Below, piece by piece: positions 24,649 through 38,014 of a stretch of DNA of 64,000 nucleotides. Where the stretch lies: the NCBI GenBank assembly GCA_047967505.1, contig CM106538.1. One strand, 5' to 3'. The notes under the pieces are model-generated. The model was not told where the DNA came from, did no database searches, and saw nothing but the letters and a program-made list of their open reading frames with translations. The DNA is from Dipteris shenzhenensis. Taxonomy: Eukaryota. A program made the position numbers and the translations under genes. Position 1 is the first letter of the stretch. Each line of letters opens with the position of its first letter.

Positions 24649-26130
24649 TCAGATGGAGATATTGTTGGGGATGCTTGTAAGTGTGAGGCCTTGACCGGAG
24701 GAGGGGTAGAGGAGGGTGTAGGGCACAAAAATGAGACCAACTCGATGGGCAAGCTCAAAGGGGTCCTCCACCTCATTCCTTGCCACCATCTTAGACTGAG
24801 CCATTTCTACCTTCCTCCCAAAGTCGTCAAAAGTAGATAGACCTTCTCATTGCTAGTCCACTTGGGGTCCCCTCTCTTCCCTATGTACTCATCCTCTGAC
24901 AGGTGTTGAAACGATACCTCCCCTACTGCCATTATTAAGGTAGCCTCCCCTTTGGTTGCCAAACTGGTCAAAAAATATTTCTCCGAATCTTTGGACAACT
25001 CCACATGCTCTTTGCTTCCTATCTCTGGAATGAGCTTACGAATAATAGTTGGAGCATTTGGCATGAAACCTGCATAAGCATATTGCCCAAAATTTACAGC
25101 TGCATGATGTCCTGAGGCTAACCATATCACTGTGGATAGTACTTCTTCCAATGCTTCTACTTTATCCATGGCCACCCACTAGCTTGCATTCTTGTGATCT
25201 CCATGTCCAACTTCCTTGATCTCTTTCCACCAATTTTGGAGCTCCTCGTCTGATTTTATAGTTGCATCGCCGGTGTAGTAGATGTCCACATAGACTTTTA
25301 CTCAGGATTCTATTGCCCACCATAGATCTAGTCTGTCCATTGCATACGGATAATCTGGGATGTTCAGCTTCAGAACGTACGGTTCCTTCTCATCTCTCTC
25401 AGCCATTCCCTTGCAATCATTCCAATTGCATCAATGTCGATCTCTTAAAACTTATGAAAATCACTGCTGATAGTACCCAGTGAATAATCTGATGAAATTA
25501 ATGAGACAAAGTTCTTTTGATAAGAAAATAAGACTGTAAATGATTAGAGTAGTCATCATACTAAAATCACTAACCTCTCTCTGTCCTGTCTAAAACATTA
25601 CAAAATCTGCAAGATATCAAGATATCACTACAAAGCCACTAGACCTCAGTACACTAAATAATATTATTAGACGCTTTGTCTCGAAACATAATAAACGGTA
25701 GGCCGCAAAGATACAACCTCTTGATCAAGTCTCGAGGGAGAGATTCTTCATAGAAGCACCAATCCTTGTACAACATGGATGACATTTCCATGCAGTATCT
25801 GCCTAGAGTGAAAGTTTTTTCTATGTAGCCTCCAGCACTAATCAAACTCGCCCCGCCAAAGCATTGATGTGCATTGTATCCTTGTAGTGTAGAGATAGCA
25901 ACACATGAACAAGATGTAGGGCACTCAGCTGTCTATGTGTTACTATGATGAATGGCTCGATGGAGGCATGGGCTCTCAAACTATTATTATACAACAAACA
26001 GTCAAACTTCGTTGACCAAAATGCAACTTAATGTGAAACATATGAGCCGCTAGCATTCAAAACACTTTTGATTCCTTCCACTGCTACAAGAAGCTTTGAT
26101 AAAGAAAAAGGATACTACCAATGGGAGCCA
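24649..26130 (-). pseudogene. LOX: 5'-truncated lipoxygenase pseudogene: last two exons plus a few codons of the preceding exon
   Basis: SHW|LRAHASIEPFII...[11 protein letters not shown]...IWLASGHHAAVNFGQYAYAGFMPNAPT...PYTLLYPSSGQGLTLTSIPNNISI*; exons 25718-25980 and 24649-25410; frameshifts, stops and an apparently mutated acceptor (CAG>CAA at 25411). Confidence 0.95.
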
Positions 26131-26295
26131 CGTCAGAGGATGACTAGAGGATCATATGTGGAGTTATCAGATTCTGATTCAGGATGATTGTTCATGCTTC
26201 ACACATATCTTGTTTAGAGATGCACTTCTGCATGATGATGATGATGATGTACACATTCATTTTGGTACTTTCATGATGTTGTTCTTACTTTGTTT

Positions 26296-26460
26296 ATCTC
26301 AGTTTATAGTTTGTTCAAATCTAACATAAAAATTTAAAATTAGGACTATCATTTTGAATTTCAGATATCTCAATTCACACATCTAATCTATAAGGTATTT
26401 AAAAATAATGCCATGTGAAGTAATTCTAAACATTAAGCATTTAAAAGGTGTTCAAGTATA

Positions 26461-26502
<42 letters not shown>

Positions 26503-26669
26503 CTCAGCAGTTTATAGTTTGTTCAAATCTAACATAAACATTTAAAATTAGGACTATCATTTTAAATTTCAGATATCTCAATTCACACATCTAATATATA
26601 AGGTATTTTAAAAATAATGTCGTGTGAAGTAATTCTAAACATTAAGCATTTAAAAGGTGTTCAAGTATA

Positions 26670-26708
<39 letters not shown>
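26296..26708. repeat. Tandem duplication, ~207-bp period, each copy ending in (CT)n
   Basis: CAGTTTATAGTTTGTTCAAATC...GGTCTCTCTC occurs twice. Confidence 0.9.
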
Positions 26709-26710
<2 letters not shown>

Positions 26711-26934
26711 GCTATGAACTTTATCATTTTGAATATCATATTGAATTTTGTATATATCAATGCTTGCAATTATTACACTAATATTGTCACTAATTTTTAT
26801 AAATTGTAGATTAAGAAAAAAATGTCAATGTTTAGCATAGAATGGTGCTCAATGGTCGTAACATATGTCAAACATTAATACATGATTATGTACAATTGGT
26901 CCAAAATCATATAATACATATATAATAATTCTCT

Positions 26935-28025
26935 CTTGGGGCAACCAAATCTTACTCGGATGTATATCTAGGGTAGCCTAAGAGCCGTGCAAAGTTTCAT
27001 CCCCAACAAATAAGTCCACATGCATATTTGGTTAGTACGTGTGCCATTTTTCATACGTAGTTACTAGTAGTGAGTGCATGCAAAAATGTATGCATTATAC
27101 CTTCTACGTGGCACATACCAAATTTATTGGCAAAAAAATCTAGCATGGATGCATGTCTAGGGTAGCCTAAGGGTTGTGCAAAGTTTCATCCCCAACAGAT
27201 AAGTCCACATGCCTATTTGGTTAGTCCGTGCACCATTTTTCATACGTAGTCACTAGTAGGGAGTGCATGCAAAAATGTACGCATTATACCTTCCATGCGG
27301 CACAACCAAATCTTGCATGGATGTAGGTCTAGGGTATCCTAAGAGCTGTGCAAAGTTTCATGGCCAATAGATAAGTACACATGCATATTTGGTTAGTACG
27401 TGCGCCATTTTTCATACATAGTCACTAGTAGGGATTGCAAAAATGTATGCATGATACCTTCCACATAGCACATACCAAATCAATTGGAGAACAAATCTTG
27501 CAAGGATGTAAATCTAGGATAGCCTAAGGGCCGTGTAAAGTTTCATCCCCAATAGATAAGTCCACATGCCTATTTGGTTAGTATGTGCGCCATTTTTCAT
27601 ACGTAGTCACTAGTAGAGATTGCAAAAATGCATGCATTATAGCTTCCACATGGCACATACCAAATCAGATGGAGACCAAATCTTGCAAGGATGTATATAT
27701 AGGTTAGCCTAAGGGCCATGCAAAGTTTCATCCCTAACAGATAAGTCCACATGCCTATTTGGTTAGTACGTGCACCATTTTTCATACGTAGTCACTAGTA
27801 GTGAGTGCTTGCAAAAATGTACGCATTATACCTTCCACATGGCACATACCAAATTAGTTGGAGACCAAATCTTGCATGGATGTAGGTCTAGGGTAGCCTA
27901 AGGCCTGTGCAAAATTTCATCCCCAACAGATAAGTCCACATGCCTATTTGGTTAGTACGTGCATCATTTTTCATACATAGCCACTAGTAGGGAGTGCATG
28001 CAAAAATGTATGCATTATACCTTCA
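26935..28025. repeat. Tandem array, about 6 units of ~170-195 bp
   Basis: Repeated CTAGGGTAGCCTAAGG..GTGCAAAGTTTCATCCCCAACAGATAAGTCCACATGCCTATTTGGTTAGTACG. Confidence 0.92.
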
Positions 28026-28959
28026 GTTATTTTCACAAAAATAAAAGAAAACAAGTTTTTTTCGTAGAAAGTTAGCTTTCAAAATTTAGTGAAATCTCAC
28101 ATTTTTGGTATGTTACTAGCTATATATAGGTTACAAAAAACTAGTAAAAAATAAATATAAGATTGAATGTAAGTATCTATGTGCAAGTGGAGAGTTTGCT
28201 TATGCCGACTTGTAACTACTCATATATGGATACAAAATACCTTTGAACCATGTGCTAGTGGGTGGTCCACATATGCCTATTGGTAACTACTCGCACATGG
28301 ATGTGAAATTAGAAATGATATATTATAGTTTATATGTACTTATTAGGTAATAGGAAGATGAAAATACATGGCTTTTGTCGGTTGTGGCTCGCATTCGCCA
28401 GCTGCTGATAACAACTCGTTGAAAGTCTAGCTGATTGTGTAGCTCGCAATCACTAGCTTGTATCAACCCACAAATTACACACTAGAGATCATTATAGACT
28501 ATACTGGGCCCCACCACATGGCACACTCTCTTGCTCCTCATGTGCAAGAACTCTTATAAGTCAAAAAAGCACATTTAAACATTTGACCACAACCTTTTCA
28601 CTTGGTGACCACCACATTTTTACCTCCTTTTCACATGTAATCAAGTGCTTAATCCATTTCCTTAATCCTCCCCTTATGAAGCCCTTTTTGACCCCAACAT
28701 TCCCCTAATGTATAATAGACCCTCTGTACAATTGAGAACTCAATGAATGCTTTTGTTTGTGCCTTATAGGGTTGGGTATATGTTGTATTCCACTATGTAG
28801 ATAAGGGAGACCTATCCACGAAACTCCATTGCTCCAAGGGATTGGCTCAATGTCCACTACCTCAAGGAAATATCTACCCTAGAAATTTGTGCACACTACT
28901 GAAGCGTCCAACAATACAGGTGCATGAGCACCATAGTAATGCGCCTTGTTCAAATGACT

Positions 28960-29180
28960 GTTTACGTGTGCAGCAACAATCCTTAGAAGGTTCCTTCAAA
29001 TCACAACATATCGAGAAGGTGCAAAAACATGTGTTTGAAGCTAGTTGTCGCATGAGATATCTGTTGAGCATGGTGCAAAGCCCACATTGGAAAAAAGCCA
29101 TGGCCTCTATCGCTAAAGCTGGAACAAGTTTCACAATGCCTAGTTACGATGCTGTCCGTAACGGCATGTTGGATGCAGGT
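28960..29180 (+). mobile_element. hAT transposase N-terminal fragment
   Basis: MVQSPHWKKAMASIAKAGTSFTMPSYDAVRNGMLD matches the plant hAT pattern SP.W..M...I...G..F..PSY..LR. Confidence 0.6.
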
Positions 29181-30019
29181 GATACCACATTTGGTCAGTA
29201 TGCTTTTTGTGCTTAAAAGCATGTGCTAAAAAGGCACAATTTTAGCACTTTTCAAGAGGTGCTTGCTTGTGACATATATCCTCTAGCCATGTAAATTATG
29301 ATTGGCCATTTTGCACATGTATCTCATGACACTCATAAGCTTGTACACTTTCATGATAACACTACTTCAGTTGTAACTACTGCTTCATCCCTTGCATGTC
29401 ATCTCCCTTGTCTCCCTTGTCTCCCATGCACATCTTCCAGCCCAGTTGAATCCTCTCCCTAGTAGGTCCCACCCGAGCTCAGATCAATCCTCTCCTTAGC
29501 AGGTTCTGTGCACTACTTCTCTAGAGGTTGTCACCTTTTGCTCTCCCTCGTAGGTCTTGAGCTCTTAGCTCAATCCTCTCCCTCGCAAGTTTTGAGCTCT
29601 TTTTCTCGTAGGTCCTCTAGTTTAGCTATTGCAGCTCTCGTGCTCTCTTTTGTACTACACGTCTCTGCCTCTTTGAGCGGATGCTACAAATATGTCTCGA
29701 TCATCCATAGACCTGCAAGCCAAGAGATTTTGTCGTACTAGTGTGGATTTTCATGACATTTATGGTCTTAGCATGGTTGGGAAGAACCCATGAAGGCTTA
29801 CAAATGAAAACCTTCCAGTAAGAGAATGCCCCTACAAAGGATGATTTCATTGTATCAATTGGGCTGAATTCCCTAAAAGCATGGTTTGTACGGTCCAACA
29901 ACAAGGTAAGCTCCAACAAAAAATTGAACGCTTCCAACAAAAGAATAATGTGTTAGTTGAACCCTCTGAAATAGCAATGGAGGAAGATGTCAAAGTGTCT
30001 TAAGGTATAAGGAGGGGGA

Positions 30020-30580
30020 ATTGCAACGGCATTCTATTTCTCACAGACCACGGTCTTTGTCTGCCCAAATCTCCCATGGCCATGGCACACCATCTGTAAA
30101 CTACACAATGCTCGAGTTGGTCAACAGTCAAAAAATGCTACATGCCACGAAGAGGAGAATTGACCAAGCAAGTGAAGAGGTGGACGTAGCTGTAAATGTA
30201 ATAGATAAGGCTAAGAAAGACATGCAGGCGCAATTACGTGAAAAGTCTGTTGTCTTTTAGACAAGGCAACAACAATATTATTTTCCCAAAAAAATGATGG
30301 AAAGAGTCCAATCCAACCAGCCTCTTTGTATTTTCCCATCCCCACCAACTGTTGCCAGTATAGAAGATGAGGGTTCAATGTGTCTTATGATTGCACAGCC
30401 CTGTGGTGGATGTGGCTTTACTATTGATAGAAAATAATTTATTGTGGTGTGTGTGCTTGCATGTGTCCATCCTTACTACCAGTTTTGTTTTGCAAATCTG
30501 TGTTTGGAAGACACACATTGTAGGGTGGAGGGTTGCTTGGGAAAAATGCCCACAGCAGCAAACTTGATGGTTTTAGGCTC
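30020..30580 (+). pseudogene. Coiled-coil plus RING-H2-like finger pseudogene
   Basis: PCGGCGFTIDRK*FIVVCVLACVHPYYQFCFANLCLEDTHCRVEGC gives C-x2-C...C-x-H-x2-(Y)-x2-C...C-x4-C; preceded by a helical K/E/Q-rich ORF at 30021-30260. Confidence 0.55.
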
Positions 30581-30639
30581 ATCAATTGGTATGCCTCACT
30601 CCCTGTTTTGTTTGGCTTTTATGTATTGCATATCTACTT

Positions 30640-31135
30640 TGTGATTGGTTTCCCACTGCTTTCTATTTTTCGATTTTTGTAATGCTTTACATGTGTGTTT
30701 CAATAGTTTGTCAATGCTTTACCAATGCTTTGTGATTGTTTTACCACTGCTTTCTCTTTTAAAACTGATTTTCTATAAACAGTCATTGCTTTTAGATTGC
30801 TTTGGTCTTGCTTTGAGTCTTCTTGCTTTTGCAGTGCTTTTGCACTGCTTGTGACTGGTTTGGTAGTGCTTTGGCACTACTTTCGCACTGCTTGGTCACT
30901 GCTTTGCATTTTTAGACTGCTTTACATGGCATATGAAAAGTACTCTACATGTGCTTTGTGGGTCTCATTGCTTTAGCACTGCTTTGTATGTGTGCTTGTC
31001 AATGGTTACCAGTGCTTTGTGACTTCTTTACCACTACTTTCTCTTTTAAAATTGCTTTCCATGTAAACAGGAGGTAAACAGTCATTGATTTCAGTATGTT
31101 TTGGCACTACTCTGTGACTTCTTGCATTTGTAAGT
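30640..31135. repeat. Degenerate (CACTGCTTT/GTGCTTT)-rich low-complexity repeat
   Basis: Reverse complement of the AAAGCAC/AAAGCAGTG-rich tracts at 44780-45010 and 50225-51000. Confidence 0.65.
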
Positions 31136-31845
31136 GCTCTATACTAAAACAGTCTCCTTTAGACTGTTTATCATTTTGTTAGCCGTTAGATTTGATCCCA
31201 TGCTTGTTTTAGTATATCCCTACACTATTGCCATGCTATCCTAAACCTTGTTACATAGTGCTATACTAAAACAGTCCCCTTTAGATGTTTATCATTTTGT
31301 TAACCGTCAGATTTCATCCCATGCTTATTTTTAGTATATCCCAACAACCACCGCGCTGGTTTCCCATAATGAATAACTAGCCTAAAGGGCATGGTTTTAG
31401 TATAGCACTGTGCAACAAATCTTAGGATAGCATGGCAGTAGTGTAGGGATAGCACGATAGTAGTGCAGGATAATTTATTGTCAACATGGTGGTTGGTTGC
31501 ACTAGGATATTAACAGCCATCTACATGGTTGTTTGCTTATATTATTACAAGATGAATGGATTTGTTATGGGAAACAGCATGGTGGTTGTTAGGATATACT
31601 AAAAACAAGCATGGGATGAAATCTAACGGTTATCGAAATGATAAATAGTCTAAAGGGACTATTTTAGTATAGCACTATGCAATAAATTTTAGGATAGCAT
31701 GGCAGTAGTGTAGGGATAGCATGGCAGTAGTGGAAGATAAGTGATCGCCAGCATGATGGTTGGTTGCACTAGGATATTAACAGCCACCAGCGCTGTCCTC
31801 CAACATTTTCATAGTGGTTGGTTGTACTAGGATATTAATAGCCAC
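31135..31845. mobile_element. Second, partial copy of the ~300-bp-unit foldback family
   Basis: Direct units 31135-31370 and inverted units 31380-31845 are homologous to 18415-19770. Confidence 0.8.
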
Positions 31846-33214
31846 CAACATTTTCAGCGGATCCTTGGTTACGGAGATTATAGGCCCCATGTATTGTAAT
31901 CCCTCGTTTTGGATAGGCAAACAATCCTTCTCTATTTCAAAAAGTTGACAGTTCCCTAATAGTAGAGGCATACTCTGTCCAAGAAGATCATGCCACGACT
32001 ACATTATCTGTATAGTCCTTTATTTCAAAAAGTTGACAACTCCCTAACAGTAGAATCATACTCTATCCTCAAAGAAACGTCCAAGAAGATCATGCCATGA
32101 CTACATTATCTATACATCAATCTCAGTGCGATATTCCCACCATTGTGGATCTAATATATGGATGCATAGTGCAAAGAGTTGTGAGCTTGATTCCATCATT
32201 TTCACATCATCTTTTGCAATGTGGTTCGTTTAGTCATGCTATATCCACCTTTGCCTAGCCTAGCATCTTCCTTCAAAACATCCCTCTCAGTAGTCCACCA
32301 TGCCATATAAGCACTTCCGATGCTTGGCCCTTTCACATAGACCAGTATAGATGGGTTGACTATGGGACAATGGATAAAGGTACTGATGACAAAGCGCAAG
32401 ACCACGCAAAACAATACAGTTGAGGCTAGTCCATCAATTGCATAGATGCCTACTAGTAGGGCAAAAAGGGTTAAAACACCAAGTAATGCTAAAAAGCTTC
32501 CTGAGAAGGATGCAAGTCTTGTAGCTAACTTGAAAGCAAGTATGCACCACCCAAGGGCCCACAAGAGATTGTAATTTTTAGATTTGGAATCTGGGTTTAC
32601 CCCATGTAATGAAATGCCATCTTAATCAAGTCATTTGTATTTTGATGTCTCTTATTGTAGTCTAAATGTCTTCCAGTTATTATGCATGCTCTCCATTTGA
32701 ACAAAGATCATAAACCTTAAAATAATTTGATTATCATACATTAATCTTATACTGTCTTGCATTTAATGTTTGTGATTTCTAACCTCATCACTCCTCTTGA
32801 AGAACTTAAAATTTGGGCAGGGAATTGTATCTTATTAAAATTACAGTTCAAGAATTGGGAGTTGTAGATATTTGCACCCGTGCATAAACATGTGTTAACA
32901 TAATGAGAGAGTGAGAGATGTGGAGAGAGGTGCCTTGATGAAGCTCGATCATATTGTGGCTTGTATAGGTGATAAAAAATTAGCATTGGTCATGTACACA
33001 AAAGGTTCTTTCAAACTCCGACCTAAGATGAGTGCAAAGGTAGCATGTGGTTCACATCTAGGTCAGCACAGAAGAGCACTAAAAAGATATACTGCAAAGC
33101 TAGGGATCATTCACCGTACTAGCAGTATCACAATACCCCTCACAGAGAGTAGGATATTGTTGTCTTTCCCAAGACCTGACTATTACATGATTCCAGAGAG
33201 CAAGAATGTAGAAT

Positions 33215-33805
33215 GACATGCACTTGTGATAGACATGAATGGTGTGTTGATTTATCATCACAACCATGAAAAGTAGCTATTCTAGCCTCGATGACATCAT
33301 CACACATGGCAAGTACGATACTTCCACAGAGGGCCTGATATTGACTTGACATTTCTAGTGCCAAAGGATGCAGAGCCTTTTCTATGTTGGGCTGCTCGAT
33401 GGTTCGACATATATATATGGAGCTCCCAGAGAATGTTATCTCAGAATTTTTGGACCATGAATATTATGACAGGGCACATTTCACCATTTCTAATGGGAAA
33501 CCAATCTTTTTCAAGCGCCTATGGTATTTATGGGAGAAATACTCTTTCTATGACATGTCGGGCACCGTGCTTCTAGACGACAGCTTCTACAAGTGTACTG
33601 GAAATCTAGAAGGACATTTTGTGTACTCCCAAGGTTAGATTCAGTCCTTGTGCATTGGCAGCATAATTTTATGGTTAAGCATGTAAGATCCTGGTTATGG
33701 CAATGGTTGAACTCATGGAATCGCCAACAGTTCACATTTAAAGACTACTTTGGTGCTTGGGAAGATACAGATAGCTTGCTAGTTGCAGAAAAGTATCATG
33801 TGTAG
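33215..33805 (+). pseudogene. FCP1/NIF-like HAD-family phosphatase pseudogene
   Basis: ALVIDMNGVLI...PKDAEPFLCWAARWFDIYIWSS...NGKPIFFKRLWYLWEKYSFYDMSGTVLLDDSFYKCTGN; frameshifted. Confidence 0.75.
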
Positions 33806-34270
33806 CTTGGATGGGTGACAGTCCTAATTGTGGAGTAGATTGCTTCTGGGGCATGTGACATGTTTATCATACCGAGGCAGAGGATGCAGTTTACAATCAG
33901 CCCCTTCAAACTCCTTGATATATATCAGTTCATGTCATGTTGAGCCGCAAGATCTTCTTTCAACAACGTTATCGCTCTTCTCTTTGGCGTAGACCGGCTT
34001 GCTGAGATTATGGCTTCCGTTGATCCTTTCCTTCTCCCTATGCTTGAGTACAACATCACTTGGGATGTTACCATCTTCATTCTCATATAAGGGAGGATAG
34101 TATGGTGTGGTCTCTTGGTATAAAAGCTTCTTTTAATGTCCCTTTCCCAATGATGAATATCTCTATCACTTAGTTTGAAAGCAGTAGGAAGTGAGTTTTG
34201 TTAGTACTACCCCGTTAGGGGCAGATCTCTAGCTACTACAAGCTTTCTATTTTTGATGCCCTGCAAATAA

Positions 34271-35001
34271 TGTTAGATATCAATGCTCCACTCTCATGTA
34301 ACTATGTGGGAACCAACTAACTCTACTTCTAAGCCCCCCATATGAGGAGAAGGCATTTGAGTAGCTCGATTATCCAGTAGGTCCTAGTTTGGACACTAGA
34401 TGGGGGCCATGTGTGGCCTAATGGCTGGATGGCTTCAGATAGAGTTGGCACACTGCCAACTAGGCTACATGCAAGTGCGGGAAGACATCCCTTGATTGAT
34501 TGCATTGAGGGTAGATGGAGCATTTCTTGAGGCATCCCACTCTCGGGTTGCGGGGCCCGTTTGGAGCCTCAAATGATCCCAGATGCTCTGGGCCAAACGG
34601 ACACCGTAGGTTAGTTGCTCTGTTTTGCACACCGGTTCTATCGTATGGTCAGTGGCCTATTTCGGGACCGATCCCTAGTCGACCGTTTTGGGCAGACTGG
34701 GTCGGTCACCCAATTCAGCCTAACCAACTACGACTGGTGGCTATATAAGACCAAGCCCATGAAGCCCATTTTATCACTGGCTACAGCAACCTTGATTCCT
34801 TAGCATCTAGCCTCCGTCTTCTACCGTTTCCAGCATGCCATCAAAGCTTCTTTCATAGGAGCGCACGGTTGGGAGCCAGCGCCATCTATTGTATCAGTTC
34901 TACAGTAATCAAATTTTTGATTCTCCATACGATCTTGTTTTCCCTCTTGCATACGAGATCCTGTTATTTGTTGAGCATAGACATTGTATTATTTTCTTAC
35001 A
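34271..35001 (+). repeat. 5' LTR of the copia element
   Basis: TGTTAGATATC...TTCTTACA, repeated at 41747-42471. Confidence 0.95.
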
Positions 35002-38000
35002 TGGTATTAGAGCCTGGACTCTAGCAAGAAGATTTGGTAGTGTGTTTTTTGTTTGTGAGTAGATTGTGAGAGATGGCCCAGCCTGCAAAACTGCGAATCC
35101 CACCGTTCATGAAAGTGAAAAGTTGGACGGCTCTAACTATCCACTCTGGAAGTTCAAGATGAAGACCATCCTAAGTGCATACGAGCTTTGGGACACTGCA
35201 ACTAGGGTGGACATGAGTCCGGTTGCGAGATCGGATCCAGCCAATGCAGGACAACAGATAGTACCAATTGCGGATGAGATTCTCACGTGGACAAGAAGAA
35301 ATGCAGATGCACTGTGTTCTATTGTTTGCAGTGTTAGTGATTCTGTCATGGCGTTAATTCAACATGTCACCATAGCAGAGGAGGCATGGACGGTCTTGAA
35401 AATTCAGTACGAGACCATGAATCAAACATGGATTCAGAATCTGGGGACTCAACTCGCGAACGAGAAGTTGTCTGATTGAGTCTGAAGCGGTAGAGAAGTT
35501 CATCACCAAGGTAAAGAATCTGCGTGATCAGATGACTGCGATTGGCATCACCATCACCATCACCAGTGAGAATCTAGCACGAAGGTGCATACGGATTCTC
35601 CCACCAAAGTATGGTGGTCATGTTATGGCATTGAATATGTAGAACATAAATCCACCCCTCAACTTTGAGGATTTCAGTGTGATGCTTCTGGAGGAGGAGA
35701 TGCATCAAAAGATGAGGACTGGAGAAGATTCGGCTTTTTGGACTGGATCAAAGAAAGGTAAGGGTAAGGACTCTGGTAACCCATCTTCTTCTGATGATAA
35801 AAAGAGAAAGAAGAAGATCAAGTGCTTCTATTGCAACAAGGCAGGGCACAAGCAGAATGAGTGCCGAAAGAAGATTGCAGATGGGAAGAACAGAGTAAAG
35901 AAAGAGTCCAGCAACAGTGCACAAGTAGCACCAATAGAGCTGTTCGTGGCAATTGAGGATATTTGCACGGAGGTAGTTCATGTACCTACGGATGAACCTT
36001 GGATCATTGACAGTGGTGCATGGTGCCACATGACTAGTTGGAAGGATTGGTATACCTCTCTACAGCTGGTAGGGAATGACATCCTGGTAGCAGTCGGCAA
36101 TGATGCAAAATGTCCAGCAAAAGGAAAAGGTACAATTTCTCTCAAGTCAGATGGAGTTGTAAAACAGTTGTTTGATGTTCTTTATGTGCCAGATATCAAG
36201 AGGAACTTGTTGTCCATTTCCACGATCATAGATTGGGACCTCAAAGTTCAATTCAATAAGAATGGTGCATAGATCCTGGATCTTTAAGGAAAGGTCATTG
36301 GTAAAGGTACACAGTGCAACAACATTTACGAACTCTTAGCTTTCAGTGCTCGAGCGGATGTGAAGAACACTAAGCTGTGGCATGAGAGGTTTGGTCATCT
36401 AAACCTTAGTTCTTTGAAGGAGATGCATAAAAGTGGAATGATTGCAAACCTACCAGAAATTTCAGATCTGCCCGATGTATGTGAAGCTTGCATGATGGGC
36501 AAGCAGCATCAGCAGCCCTTTCCTAAAGAGGCCAGTAGGGCAAAGGCTCCTCTAGAGCTCATTCACACGGACCTCTGCGGAAATATGGAGACGGAAGCTT
36601 TGGGTGGTTCCTACTAATTCATGACACTGATCGACGACTACAGTATAAGGATATGGATATACTTCCTGAAGACTAAAGACCAGGCTTTTAGTAGGTTCAA
36701 GGAATGGCATGTAATGGTTGAGAAAGAAACGGGGAGGAAGGTGAAGAAGTTGAGATCAGACAGAGGTGGAGAGTTGACATCAACTGATTTTGAAAGTTAC
36801 TGCAAAAGTCACGGAATCAAGAGGCAAAAACCCCCACCACATACATCACAGCAAAATGGAGTAGCAGAATGCAAGATGCGTGTCATCTACGAAATGGGTC
36901 GGAGTATGATGAAAGGGAAAGATTTGCCAAAGACTTTCTGGGTTGAAGCATGTAACACTGCAGTTTACATCCTGAAGGCTATGAATGGGATGACTCCACT
37001 ACAAGCCTTTTCTGGTAAGAAACCTTCAGCTGCACATTTCAGAGTTTTTGGATGTGACTGTTTTGTGCATGTCCCTGATGCTACCAAGACCAACTGGGAA
37101 TGAAAGAGCCGGAAGTGTATTTTCTTGGGCTACAGTGAAGAGGCGAAGGGTTATTATTTCTATAACCCTATTACCAAGAAGGTAATTGTAAGTCGCGATG
37201 TGGTCTTCTCAGAATAGCCACATCAATTGGAGGAGGATGCTTCCTTCCCAGACAACTAGGACCAGAATATCCATCCAATACCACCACCAATAGCAGACTG
37301 AACTCCCCCAATGGTGCTTGGGAGGATTCAAGACAAAGAAGATGAAGAAGAGCCTGCAGAACCACAATGGCAACGGCCATTCCCGAAGTGGGTAAAGCAG
37401 CTTTTGGACGGTAGAGAACCTCCAACCATTGAGGAGGAACCATCTGAACACCGCCGCGGTCCAAGAGATTAGAGGAGCAAAGAAGGGTGCAGGAACAGGT
37501 GGTCAACTATGCTTTGATGACAAAAGTGATCCATGCTGATGAACCCAAGTGTCTTGAAGAGGCACAGGGTGATGATAGGTGGATGGAGGCTATGCAGTTG
37601 GAGTATGGCTCCATAATGAAGAACAACACTTGGGACCTTGTGGATCGACCACCAAAACACAAGGTAATCGGAACCAAGTGGGTGTACAAGACCAAGTATG
37701 AGTCCGACGGCACGTTGGATAAGTACAAGGCTCGGCTCATGGCAAAAGGATTTGCACAGGTACATGGTTTTGATTATCAAGATACTTTTGCTCCCATAGC
37801 TCGACTAACCACAATTTGTAGTGTTTTGGCTTTAGATGCCTAGGGAAGTTGGTCTGTGTTACAGATGGATGTGAAATCCGCCTTTCTGAATGGAGATCTC
37901 AAGGAGGAGGTATACATGGAACAACCACCAGGATTTGAGATCCCCAGTTCAAAAGGTAAAGTTTGCAAACTGAAGAAGGCACTTTACAGGCTGAAACAGG

Positions 38001-38014
38001 CCCCACGAGCATGG

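Noticed and set aside
26935-28025. Possible CRISPR array or tandem RNA gene cluster
   Set aside because: Whole units are repeated without unique spacers, and no tRNA or 5S motifs were recognised
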